In this document: positions 47,713 to 56,990 of the stretch, piece after piece
Numbering within the stretch: the first letter of the stretch is position 1
How the letters are laid out: every line of letters begins with the position of its first letter
Assembly (NCBI GenBank): GCA_965262855.1
Contig: OZ253563.1
Span: 546,328 to 610,327, forward strand
From: Arenicellales bacterium
GTDB lineage: Bacteria; Pseudomonadota; Gammaproteobacteria; Arenicellales; JAJDZL01
DNA: 64,000 nucleotides
Direction of reading: 5' to 3'
Translations under genes and position numbers: made by a program
The notes under the pieces: generated by a model
What the model was told of the DNA's origin: nothing
Database searches by the model: none
Seen by the model: the letters and a program-made list of their open reading frames with translations, nothing else

Positions 47713-48600
47713 CTACATGGCTTCTTCCTGTTGAAGAGCAAAGATGGAAGTATACCCTCCTGACCAGTCGGGTGGTATCTGACACGGCCGCTCATCGTGA
47801 TGTGCCCAGCGAGCCGTTTGTCCCCTTACAATGGTTTGATAATATCTAGAGTCTGTGGGAACCGGGGTATAAGGCATTGCGTCCGCAGATGAATATGCAT
47901 TTAGTAGAAGAGGGCGCCCTATGGATGAACGGTTTGGCATTGACGAATGCAGCATTCTGCAGTTGTGGATCGTGAGAGACCCTGCCGGACCGCTAAGCTC
48001 CATAGCACGACTTGTATCGAGTTTACCAGCATCTTCGGCTGACAGGCATCCGGTCCATTGCCCGGAATCGTTGTACTGATCATAGAGTGGCTTCTTGTGG
48101 CTCTTGGGAAGCACAACAAGTGGTCCCTGTTCGTAATTGCACTCGTACAGATACAGGCCGACAGTCAGCGGACTGTAATTGGTATGCGGCCAGAATTGAA
48201 TGTCCTGATGCCATTTGACTTCTTCCCCGCCGTGCGCCCACTTAAAATTCAGTTTCGAGTGATGAAATTTGACATCTGGGCCGACCAGATCAGCCACAAT
48301 ATCTGTAATCAGCGAACTGGATGCATATTCCCAGTAGGCATCGTGATGGTCATTCGGACTGGTAAGCCTTCGCAGGCGTGGATCTTCCGGAGAATGGCTA
48401 TTTTCCAAGTCCCATATGCTATCCGAAATCGTAATTTCTCGGCTTCGTTCAATCATTTCATTCGTTGCATCGCGCAGTCGATTCAACCAGTTTTCCGGCA
48501 CCGCTCTCTCAACCAAAAGATAACCGTTGTCAAAATAGAAACGCCGTTGTTCGTCCGTCAGCGACAAAGGCGGATGTTGGAGAATTTGATTAATTTCCAT
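47713..48600 (-). CDS. phytanoyl-CoA dioxygenase (PhyH) family Fe(II)/2-oxoglutarate oxygenase
   Basis: The 295-aa product has an HxD facial-triad candidate in VKWHQDIQFW and a distal His in TIHNCRMLHSS. The substrate is not assignable. Confidence 0.75.
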   Translation of the reverse strand: MEINQILQHPPLSLTDEQRRFYFDNGYLLVERAVPENWLNRLRDATNEMIERSREITISDSIWDLENSHSPEDPRLRRLTSPNDHHDAYWEYASSSLITDIVADLVGPDVKFHHSKLNFKWAHGGEEVKWHQDIQFWPHTNYSPLTVGLYLYECNYEQGPLVVLPKSHKKPLYDQYNDSGQWTGCLSAEDAGKLDTSRAMELSGPAGSLTIHNCRMLHSSMPNRSSIGRPLLLNAYSSADAMPYTPVPTDSRYYQTIVRGQTARWAHHDERPCQIPPDWSGGYTSIFALQQEEAM

Positions 48601-48614
48601 TTTCTGTACCTCTA

Positions 48615-49937
48615 TCAGTTGAACCCCAGTAGTTTATCAGGCAGCCACAAAACGATTTGCGGAAATGCAATTACCACACACAAAGTGACAAGTTGTAACA
48701 GTATAAACGGAGTCATGCCTCGAAACATGTGTTGCAACGTAATTTCTGGCGGACTAATGCCTCTCAAGTAGAAAATCGCAGGTGCCATTGGCGGCGTAAG
48801 GTAGCTGGTTTGAATAATGATCAGGAACAACACGCAGAACCAAACCGGGTCGTAACCCATGTGTGTGATCACAGGGATGAATACGGGAATGAAAATCAGC
48901 AGGATTGAAATCCATTCCAAAACGAATCCGGCAAGAAAACTAATCGCCATAAATAACGCAAGAGTCGCCCAGTTGGGCAGGTTTGATTCTCGAATCAACT
49001 CCTCAACCAGAAAAACACCGCCTGATGCAATAAACACACCCGAAAACATGCTGCCGCCAAGCAGAATCAACATGATCATACAGGTTACTTTGAGAGACTT
49101 GATCAAAGCTTCATTCAGAACCGCAATAGAAAACCGTCGATAGAATATCGTCAGCAAAATCGATCCGAAAGCACCCATTCCAGCCGCTTCGGTCGGCGCT
49201 GCCCAACCGAACATAATCGAACCAAGAACCGCGAAAATCAGCAACAGCGGTGGAATCAGCGCACGGGCGGTGATGGAAAGCTTCTCCAGCAGCCTAGGAT
49301 CATCTGGTGAGGGAGGTATACGTGCGCCATCTGAGGGTCTCAGTGTGCATCGTACGATGATGTAAACAATGTAGAAGAATGCCATGAGTAAACCAGGAAA
49401 AACCATTCCGACGAAAAGGTCACCGACCGAAACATCGGCGACAGGTCCGAGCACCACAACCACAACAGAAGGGGGAATTATGGTGCCGAGAGAACCCCCG
49501 GCGCATATCGTTCCGGAAATCAGTCCTTTGTGATACGCATACTTCATCATGATAGGAATCGCGAGAAGCCCGACTACAGTCTCTGTGGCTCCGATAACGC
49601 CTGTTGAAGCCGCAAATATCACGCACATTACGATTGTTCCAACAGCCAATCCGCCTGGCAAGCGTCGAGTCCAGATATGCACCGCTTCGAACAGTCGTTC
49701 TGCAATACCTGATCTTTCCAGCATTGACCCCATGAACACGAACAATGGAACCGCAGCTAGAACGAAATTCGATGCAACAGCATCGACTTTTTCGGCGAAC
49801 TGAAAAATTACTGGAGTGCCAAACGTAATCAGACCAAAACCAAGTGCAACCCCCATCAATGAAAATGCAACTGGGAATCCGGCAAACAAAACCAGCAGGA
49901 TCGCCGGGAACATGGCTAGGGCAAGATACTCACCCAT
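48615..49937 (-). CDS. dctM: TRAP transporter large permease
   Basis: The 440-aa polytopic membrane protein overlaps the dctQ stop by 8 nt. Confidence 0.85.
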   Translation of the reverse strand: MGEYLALAMFPAILLVLFAGFPVAFSLMGVALGFGLITFGTPVIFQFAEKVDAVASNFVLAAVPLFVFMGSMLERSGIAERLFEAVHIWTRRLPGGLAVGTIVMCVIFAASTGVIGATETVVGLLAIPIMMKYAYHKGLISGTICAGGSLGTIIPPSVVVVVLGPVADVSVGDLFVGMVFPGLLMAFFYIVYIIVRCTLRPSDGARIPPSPDDPRLLEKLSITARALIPPLLLIFAVLGSIMFGWAAPTEAAGMGAFGSILLTIFYRRFSIAVLNEALIKSLKVTCMIMLILLGGSMFSGVFIASGGVFLVEELIRESNLPNWATLALFMAISFLAGFVLEWISILLIFIPVFIPVITHMGYDPVWFCVLFLIIIQTSYLTPPMAPAIFYLRGISPPEITLQHMFRGMTPFILLQLVTLCVVIAFPQIVLWLPDKLLGFN

Positions 49938-50490
49938 TGGAATTTACATTTGCGATATTCGTTGGGTTGAGCAGTGTGTGAACTGCTCGAATCAATTCAG
50001 CGACAGCCTGTATGGATAGGACCAGAAAACCAACGAAGAAAACCACACGAAAGGGCCAAATGACTGGATTCCATGCAGATTCCCCGGACAGTTGTCCAGA
50101 ATTGAACGCACCAAGAGCATAGTTGGCCAGTCGATAGGACAGCCAGAAACTTAGTGGCAGAAACAGAAATGTATAACCGAGTGTGTCGACCAGCGCCTGC
50201 AGTCTAGGGCTGAATCGAGAATATAGGACGTCAATTCGTATATGGGCCTTTTCCCGCAGTGCGAATGCTGATCCGAGCAAAAAATTGGCTCCGGTCATCA
50301 TATAGCCAATTTCATAAGCCCAAATGGTTGGTGCATTGAACAGGTAACGGGAAAAGACCTCGTAGATCGTTGCAACAATCAGGGGCAAGACGATCCATGC
50401 AGCAAGCAAGCCGACACTACCGCTGAATCGATCAGCAATGCGAAGCAGAGAGTGCATCAGTAAATTGAAGTGTCCCGCAAAAACGGGCAA
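49930..50490 (-). CDS. dctQ: TRAP transporter small permease
   Basis: The 186-aa product has four hydrophobic helices and lies between the binding-protein and DctM genes. Confidence 0.8.
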   Translation of the reverse strand: MPVFAGHFNLLMHSLLRIADRFSGSVGLLAAWIVLPLIVATIYEVFSRYLFNAPTIWAYEIGYMMTGANFLLGSAFALREKAHIRIDVLYSRFSPRLQALVDTLGYTFLFLPLSFWLSYRLANYALGAFNSGQLSGESAWNPVIWPFRVVFFVGFLVLSIQAVAELIRAVHTLLNPTNIANVNSNG

Positions 50491-50547
50491 CGAGCAGTTG
50501 CCGGGAAATACAAAAGAGTTCCCGGCAATGCTCTATTCAAGTTGAAT

Positions 50548-51615
50548 TTAATTTGCAGAAGCTACGTTTCGGTAACGGGCTGCGTCTTTCCAAAGTTCTT
50601 CATAGGCCAGCTGGCTACTGTATGCATTGTCGAACCAGGCGTTTTCAGCGCTTTGGGCTTTACCCCAAGCAATTGCTTGAGTTTTTACGCTAACTTGAAC
50701 GTCTTTGTCGAGTTCAATTATTTCGTTGCCCGCATCGCGGAAAAACTGCAGTGCTTTGGCATCTTCATGACCAATGCGCGTCCAGCTTTCAAAAGTCGTG
50801 ATTTTCGCTGCCAAGTCAACCAGTGCCTGGTCTTTTTCAGAGAGGGCGTTATACGCATCAACATTCACAACCAGTTCAAAGGGCGCAACTGGTTGATGTA
50901 CACCTGGAATCACCACATACTTGGCAATCTTGTGAAAACCGGGCGAGATATTCTCGTACAAGGTTCCCCATTCGGTTGCGTCAATCGTTCCTCGTTCAAG
51001 GGAGGAATAGACTTCCGCACCCGGCATGGTTACCGGTGCGGCTCCCATGCTCTGGGAGATTTCAAGCCATGCGCCTGCCGTTCGAACTTTCAAGCCTTTC
51101 AAGTCAGCCATGGTCTTTACAGCCTTGTTGGAGTGCAGGAACGCTTCAGCGGTACGGATGAACAGCGGCATAGACACCACGCCGAACTTCTCCATTCGAA
51201 AGTCGCGCCACATTTGCAGCCCGCCGCCTTCATATAACCAATGAAGCATTCTTTCGGAATCCATTGAGCCGGCAAAGCCGCCGAAGACTACGGTTGCTTT
51301 GTCTTTACCCCAGTCATATCCCATCCAAGTATGGCCTGCTTGAGCAATTCCGGTTGAAACAGTTTCTGATACATTCAGGGCTTTACCCAAAGTACCGCCA
51401 GGAAATACCTGAACTTCGATGCGCCCGTCGGTCAACTGATTGACTCTGTCGGCGAAGGCGTTTGCGCCGAGTGCCATAAGCGGTCCACCGCCCCAGGAAG
51501 TCGCCATTTTCCATTTGTGCTCCGCTTCTGCAAGCGTGACAGCACTTGTCAATGTCATACAGATTGCCAGCAAGCCGGCGGCGGTACGCGTTAAAAATTT
51601 ACTATACGATTTCAT
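50548..51615 (-). CDS. dctP: TRAP transporter substrate-binding protein (DctP family)
   Basis: The 355-aa product has a signal peptide, then ...HKWKMATSWGGG..., and LKGLKVRTAG, which contains the Arg position used for carboxylate binding in characterised DctP-type proteins. Confidence 0.85.
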   Translation of the reverse strand: MKSYSKFLTRTAAGLLAICMTLTSAVTLAEAEHKWKMATSWGGGPLMALGANAFADRVNQLTDGRIEVQVFPGGTLGKALNVSETVSTGIAQAGHTWMGYDWGKDKATVVFGGFAGSMDSERMLHWLYEGGGLQMWRDFRMEKFGVVSMPLFIRTAEAFLHSNKAVKTMADLKGLKVRTAGAWLEISQSMGAAPVTMPGAEVYSSLERGTIDATEWGTLYENISPGFHKIAKYVVIPGVHQPVAPFELVVNVDAYNALSEKDQALVDLAAKITTFESWTRIGHEDAKALQFFRDAGNEIIELDKDVQVSVKTQAIAWGKAQSAENAWFDNAYSSQLAYEELWKDAARYRNVASAN

Positions 51616-51674
51616 AAGTCATTTACCCTCATTAGTTAAAGTTATTTGAATAGTTTAAGCCATTGTTAAATCAG

Positions 51675-51995
51675 TTAGCAGCTCTGATTGTCGTAATTCA
51701 CATCCTCCAATCTTGACAATGCTTCATCGATGTCTACACCGGTCAGTTCCCACTCATTGTCCAGTTCGGCAATGATTACCTTCATAAAGTAGCCGGAGAG
51801 TTTCAATGCTTTTTTGTCTTCGCCCAAGTGGTCGGCCAGAATTGCCAAAGCAAGTTGCTGTGGAGAATTTCCTTCATAGGTCCATTCAAAACCCAAGTCA
51901 GTAAATTGCTTGATGTCGTATCGTTCGTCCAGAGGTTGTCCATCTACTGTAACTTTAATCCCGTCGATCGTGCGGTCACCAGAATATGTTTTCAT
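51675..51995 (-). CDS. hypothetical 106-aa cytoplasmic protein
   Basis: The ORF is co-oriented and tightly spaced inside the block. The sequence MKTYSGDRTIDGIKVTVDGQPLDERYDIKQFTDLGFEWTYEGNSPQQLALAILADHLGED... resembles a conserved domain of unknown function (possibly DUF6166, from memory only). Confidence 0.5.
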   Translation of the reverse strand: MKTYSGDRTIDGIKVTVDGQPLDERYDIKQFTDLGFEWTYEGNSPQQLALAILADHLGEDKKALKLSGYFMKVIIAELDNEWELTGVDIDEALSRLEDVNYDNQSC

Positions 51996-52066
51996 TGAAC
52001 TTTAACAGTCTGCCAATCTGAAAATATTTATTAGCGCTTAGACTCGCTTGACTCAGTGGATTATGT

Positions 52067-52933
52067 CTATATCTGTTTGCGTTGCTCTACCAAGCTGAGA
52101 AATTTTTCATATTCTTCCTGCGGTGTTGGGTAGCTATGATCTTCATCGGGAAATACACCTTGTTTGACTTCGTCGACGTACTGCTTGATTCCATCTACTG
52201 CCACTTCCGTCAGAGTTGCATAGCGCTTGGTAAATTTTGGCTTGAAATCGGTAAATACACCTAGCAGGTCGTAGCAGAGCAGTATCTGTCCGTCGGTGCC
52301 CGAGCCCGCACCGATTCCTATGGTAGGAATTTCAAGCTGTTGAGAAATAACCTCCGCAATTTTTGCTGGAACTGCTTCAAATTCCAACATGAAGCAACCG
52401 GCATCCTGGATGGCAAATGCATCTTCAAGTATCTTCATAGCACTCTCAGCAGTTCTGCCTTGAATTCTGAATCCACCAAACATGGCAACAGTGTGAGGGG
52501 TCAGTCCTATATGTGAAGCAGTCGGTATGCCTGCATCGACCAAAGCCTTTAGGATATGTGCCTGACTCTTGCCTCCTTGTGGCTTGACGGCATCACAACC
52601 AGCGTCCTGCATGAAACGAGTTGCGTTCACCAGTGCCCGGTCTGGCGTGTTGTAACTCTGATAAGGCATGCAACCCAGAACGAAAGTGTTCGGAGCGCCC
52701 CGCCTTACCGCCAGCGAGTGCATGATCATCATTTCCATGCTCGCGGGAATGGTGTTGGGATGTCCATGTGCGATCATAGCGAGACTATCGCCCACAACGG
52801 CAACGTCCACTCCTGCCATTTCAGCCCACTGTGCGGAAGTGTAATCCGGAACCGACATATAAACCATCTTTTCACCAGTGGATTTGGAATTCCGGATTTC
52901 ACTGATTGTTCTCTTGCTCACCTCAGAAGTCAT
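52067..52933 (-). CDS. panB: 3-methyl-2-oxobutanoate hydroxymethyltransferase
   Basis: The sequence ...VAVVGDSLAMIAHGHPNTIPASMEMMIMHSLAVRRGAPNTFVLG... aligns with E. coli PanB as I recall it (VGDSLGM..GH.ST.PV....H..AV.RGAPN). The product is 288 aa. Confidence 0.85.
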   Translation of the reverse strand: MTSEVSKRTISEIRNSKSTGEKMVYMSVPDYTSAQWAEMAGVDVAVVGDSLAMIAHGHPNTIPASMEMMIMHSLAVRRGAPNTFVLGCMPYQSYNTPDRALVNATRFMQDAGCDAVKPQGGKSQAHILKALVDAGIPTASHIGLTPHTVAMFGGFRIQGRTAESAMKILEDAFAIQDAGCFMLEFEAVPAKIAEVISQQLEIPTIGIGAGSGTDGQILLCYDLLGVFTDFKPKFTKRYATLTEVAVDGIKQYVDEVKQGVFPDEDHSYPTPQEEYEKFLSLVEQRKQI

Positions 52934-52954
52934 TGGATTCCGACGAGAAAAGGG

Positions 52955-53134
52955 TTAACTCTTTTTCTTGCCGCCTGCTTCGGGAAATACCCACATGGCA
53001 ATGACCATGAAAATGGACAATCCTGCTCCTACATATGCCAATTGAGAATCACCAAGAGTGGATTCAAAATAGAAAAAGCCACCACCCGCAAGCAGCGTAA
53101 GGGCGGAAACCATCAATTTAATGTGGACAGGCAT
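52955..53134 (-). CDS. 59-aa two-helix membrane micro-protein (below the ORF-track cutoff)
   Basis: My codon-by-codon translation is MPVHIKLMVSALTLLAGGGFFYFESTLGDSQLAYVGAGLSIFMVIAMWVFPEAGGKKKS*. It starts 10 nt after the hydroxylase stop and ends 21 nt before the panB start, so it fills the gap. I saw no clear Shine-Dalgarno sequence. Confidence 0.4.
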   Translation of the reverse strand: MPVHIKLMVSALTLLAGGGFFYFESTLGDSQLAYVGAGLSIFMVIAMWVFPEAGGKKKS

Positions 53135-53144
53135 ATTGCAGAAT

Positions 53145-53918
53145 TCAGGCTTCTAGCCCCACTGGTGAAGAAGACACAACATCCGGGCGTTTAGGTGTGC
53201 CGCGCAAGTTCGTTTTCAGGTGCTTTTCGCTATAGCCATTGAAAAGGTGCCCAAGCAGGCCTCGGTTCAGATCAGAGGTGCCAAACATCCAGTCTGCAAT
53301 TGGAAATGTCAGGTTCATGTTCACTTCCATCATCAGACGTGAGTTATGGTGCGCTGTGTGATGTCGTCTAATGGTATTTACCAGCGGCATGTTGCGTACG
53401 AACCAGTTTTCATCAACATGGCAACAAAAATGCATGAATTCATAAATGATGTAAATTCCGGTTGTGGAGCACATGAACAGCCACGCGACATTCGGTGTCA
53501 GCACATAGTAAAGGACGACGGCTCCTGGAATTGAAATTAGAATGAATACTACGAGTGCATAAGGGGGAAAGAAAGTGACTCGCCAATCCTTGTGATCCCG
53601 GAATCGCATCTCGTTGTCAGTAAAGAACTGGTGATGCTGCAGAGTATGACGTTTGTAAATTGCGATTAGCCCGGAAAATCTCTGAGGTCGATGCATAACT
53701 TTCTGATGCAAGTACCATTCAAAAATGTTGCATGCAAGCAGAAAACCCGGTACGGTTGCCCATTCCCACCATCGAACGTTTTCCAGATGTTGGATATATA
53801 GCCCAATTGCCGTCAAACCAATTGCATAAATGATAAATACATGCATCGGTCCGTTGTACCATCCCGCAACCCGGCTTCTATATTCGCGTCTGTAATTCCC
53901 CTGTTTTTCGGTCATCAT
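53145..53918 (-). CDS. fatty acid hydroxylase/sterol desaturase superfamily membrane di-iron enzyme
   Basis: It has the histidine boxes HQKVMH, HTLQHH and HHTAHH and several TM helices. The product is 257 aa. Confidence 0.8.
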   Translation of the reverse strand: MMTEKQGNYRREYRSRVAGWYNGPMHVFIIYAIGLTAIGLYIQHLENVRWWEWATVPGFLLACNIFEWYLHQKVMHRPQRFSGLIAIYKRHTLQHHQFFTDNEMRFRDHKDWRVTFFPPYALVVFILISIPGAVVLYYVLTPNVAWLFMCSTTGIYIIYEFMHFCCHVDENWFVRNMPLVNTIRRHHTAHHNSRLMMEVNMNLTFPIADWMFGTSDLNRGLLGHLFNGYSEKHLKTNLRGTPKRPDVVSSSPVGLEA

Positions 53919-54184
53919 GATTGATATCCTCCAATTCTCAAAAATTTACAGTTCAGAATTCTTGATTTCTTTTTGGCAGCCTACTTGAATGCACTCAGGA
54001 ATTTTGCTGAATATTATTCCAATAAGCTATTGATGTTTATTTTATTTTAACATCACTGAAACAAGAATTGTGCTGAATTGTAGATGGACTTGGAGCTTTG
54101 ACAGAACCCGATTCAAGATCAATTCAACAACTATTTGTCGTCACATCTGAATACTGTTTTTACAGCTTCCTGGAATATCCGGAT

Positions 54185-56851
54185 TCACGAAACTGAGGGA
54201 TCGGGTTTAGATGGATCAATACCGAATTTCTTGAACGCCTTTGTAACTTCCGTAACCTTGATGCTGCCGTCATCTGCAAGCGCTTTCAAGGCAGTTGCGC
54301 AAATGTGATAGCGATTTACCTCAAAGAAAGTGCGCAAGTTCGCGCGGGTGTCTGAGCGGCCGAAACCATCTGTACCGAGCACGGAGTAACGACGCGGGAC
54401 AAATCCTCGAATCTGGTCCGGGTACATCTGCATGTAGTCAGTGGCAGCGATCACAGGACCTGCTGTGTCTGTGAGACACTGTTCGACATAACTGGTGCGA
54501 GCTTTTTTGTTGGGATTGAGCCGATTCCAGCGTTCTGCCGACTGGCCGTCCCGAGCAAGCTCATTGAAGCTCGTCACACTCCATATATCGGCTGCGACTG
54601 AATAATCAGACTCCAGAATTTCAGCAGCAGCAATTGCTTCCCGCAATATCGTGCCGCTGCCGAGAAGCTGCACTCGATTAGAGTGATCACTTGTTGAACG
54701 ATTCAGCAAATACATGCCCTTGATGATGCCTTCTTCAGCCTTATCTGGCATCGGCGGATGGGCATAGTTTTCGTTCATGCACGTAATGTAGTAATAGATT
54801 GCTTCCTGATCTTGATACATGCGTCGAAGCCCGTCATGAATAATCACTACCAGCTCGTAAACGTATGCGGGGTCATAAGAGACGCAAGTTGGAATCGTTG
54901 CGGCAAGAAGGTGGCTGTGGCCGTCCTGATGCTGCAGACCTTCACCAGCCAATGTGGTCCTGCCTGCAGTTCCTCCGATTAAGAACCCACGTGTCTTGAT
55001 ATCCGCTGCAGCCCATGCAAGATCGCCGACGCGCTGAAAGCCGAACATGGAGTAGAAAATATAGAACGGAATCATGTTTACGTCGTGATTGCTCGCTGCG
55101 GTGCCGGCGGCTATCCAAGAGCACATCGCTCCAGCTTCGTTAATTCCTTCCTGAAGCACTTGACCTTCCTTGGACTCACGATAGAACATAAGTTGATCTG
55201 CATCTTCTGGTTTGTACAGCTGTCCTAGTGGCGAGTAAATTCCCAACTGACGAAACATGCCTTCCATTCCAAAAGTCCTGGATTCGTCAGGTACAACGGG
55301 TACGATGTTCTTGCCGATGTTTTTGTCCCGAAGCAAGCTCGTCAAGATTCGTACAAAACCCATGGTTGTAGATATTTCCCGGTTTCCAGTTCCCTTAAGT
55401 TGCGTGTCGAAAATGCTGATATTCGGAATTTCGAGTCGCTTTCTTGCGCGACGCCGAATTGGCAGTGACCCGCCGAGTTGTTTGCGCTGTTTGAGCATGT
55501 ATTGAATTTCAGGACTGTCGTCGGGCGGTCGATAGAAGGGTGCTGAAACGAGTTCTTCGTCGGTAAGTGGAATTCTGAACCGATCACGAAAGGAAATCAG
55601 AGAATTTTCTCCAACTTTTTTCTGCTGATGGGTAATGTTCTGGCCTTCGCCTGCTTCTCCCATTCCGTAACCTTTTACAGTTTTAGCAAGAATTACGGTT
55701 GGCTGTCCAGAGTGCTTGACCGCGGCTGCATAAGCTGCAAATACCTTGTGAGGGTCATGTCCACCGCGATTCAGTCGCCAGATATCCTCATCGGTCATAT
55801 TGGAGACCATAGCGCGAAGTTCATCGTATTTGCCGAAAAAGTGTTCTCGCGTATATGCGCCGCCTTTTGCCTTGAATGCCTGGTATTCTCCGTCTACCGC
55901 TTCTTCCATTCTTCGACGCAGTAAACCCTTGGTGTCTCGCATCAGTAGTGGATCCCAATAAGACCCCCATATCAGTTTGATGACGTTCCATCCGGCGCCC
56001 CGAAACTCTCCTTCAAGCTCCTGAATAATTTTCCCGTTCCCGCGAACCGGACCATCAAGTCGTTGTAGATTGCAGTTCACGACAAAGATGAGATTGTCCA
56101 GCTTTTCTCGTCCAGCAAGCGATAGTGCCCCCATGGACTCTGGCTCGTCCATTTCACCGTCGCCGACGAATGTCCACACTTTTCGATTGGCCGTGTCGCA
56201 AAGCCCTCGATTATGTAGATACTTCATAAACCGAGCCTGATAAATTGCCATGATCGGACCGAGCCCCATGGAGACCGTCGGGAACTGCCAAAAGTCTGGC
56301 TTCAGTCGCGGATGAGGGTAAGAGGGTAAGCCATCGCCTGTGGCTTCTTGCCTGAAATTGATCAGATCCTCTTCGCTCAGCCGTCCTTCCAAATAAGCTC
56401 TGGCATAGATACCGGGAGCGGAATGTCCCTGAATGAAGATTAGATCTCCGCCATGGGTTTCGCTCGGGGCGTGCCAGAAATGATTGAAGCCTACATCGTA
56501 AAGGGTGGCAGATGAGGCAAAACTCGCAATATGGCCGCCGAGCTCAGTAGATGTCTGATTCGCACGCACCACAATGGCAAGTGCATTCCAACGAATCAGC
56601 GAGCGGACACGCCACTCGATTGCGTGGTCCCCGCTGCTACGCTCCTCCTGAGCTGCGCTGATTGTGTTGACGTAGGCAGTGGTTGGCCGATGTGGGATGT
56701 GAACACCGGATCGCCTGGCACTGTCAATCAACTGTTCAATCAGAAAATGAGCACGTTCATGCCCTTCGCGGTCAATTACACTCGAGAGTGAATCCAGCCA
56801 TTCCTGAGTTTCGTAGGGGTCAATATCTGTCGGAAGATTTTTGTCGGACAT
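54185..56851 (-). CDS. aceE: pyruvate dehydrogenase E1 component (homodimeric type)
   Basis: The 888-aa product begins MSDKNLPTDIDPYETQEWLDSL and has a ThDP-binding region ...GDGEMDEPES... Confidence 0.95.
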   Translation of the reverse strand: MSDKNLPTDIDPYETQEWLDSLSSVIDREGHERAHFLIEQLIDSARRSGVHIPHRPTTAYVNTISAAQEERSSGDHAIEWRVRSLIRWNALAIVVRANQTSTELGGHIASFASSATLYDVGFNHFWHAPSETHGGDLIFIQGHSAPGIYARAYLEGRLSEEDLINFRQEATGDGLPSYPHPRLKPDFWQFPTVSMGLGPIMAIYQARFMKYLHNRGLCDTANRKVWTFVGDGEMDEPESMGALSLAGREKLDNLIFVVNCNLQRLDGPVRGNGKIIQELEGEFRGAGWNVIKLIWGSYWDPLLMRDTKGLLRRRMEEAVDGEYQAFKAKGGAYTREHFFGKYDELRAMVSNMTDEDIWRLNRGGHDPHKVFAAYAAAVKHSGQPTVILAKTVKGYGMGEAGEGQNITHQQKKVGENSLISFRDRFRIPLTDEELVSAPFYRPPDDSPEIQYMLKQRKQLGGSLPIRRRARKRLEIPNISIFDTQLKGTGNREISTTMGFVRILTSLLRDKNIGKNIVPVVPDESRTFGMEGMFRQLGIYSPLGQLYKPEDADQLMFYRESKEGQVLQEGINEAGAMCSWIAAGTAASNHDVNMIPFYIFYSMFGFQRVGDLAWAAADIKTRGFLIGGTAGRTTLAGEGLQHQDGHSHLLAATIPTCVSYDPAYVYELVVIIHDGLRRMYQDQEAIYYYITCMNENYAHPPMPDKAEEGIIKGMYLLNRSTSDHSNRVQLLGSGTILREAIAAAEILESDYSVAADIWSVTSFNELARDGQSAERWNRLNPNKKARTSYVEQCLTDTAGPVIAATDYMQMYPDQIRGFVPRRYSVLGTDGFGRSDTRANLRTFFEVNRYHICATALKALADDGSIKVTEVTKAFKKFGIDPSKPDPSVS

Positions 56852-56990
56852 CTTTACTTCAAGTCAAATTCAATAATAGTGAGTTTATACAAGTACCAGT
56901 TGAATGTTGGAGGGATATTTTCGCATTGTCCTGGCTTGTCGGTGCATAGTTATACTGTCTGATGAACTTTGTGCAATTTTAATCGACTTT

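Noticed and set aside
48058-53194. Long plus-strand ORFs 48058-48771 (237 aa), 50470-51237 (255 aa) and 52556-53194 (212 aa).
   Set aside because: Each is antisense to a confidently identified minus-strand gene (PhyH, DctP, and PanB or the hydroxylase) and has no recognisable motifs.
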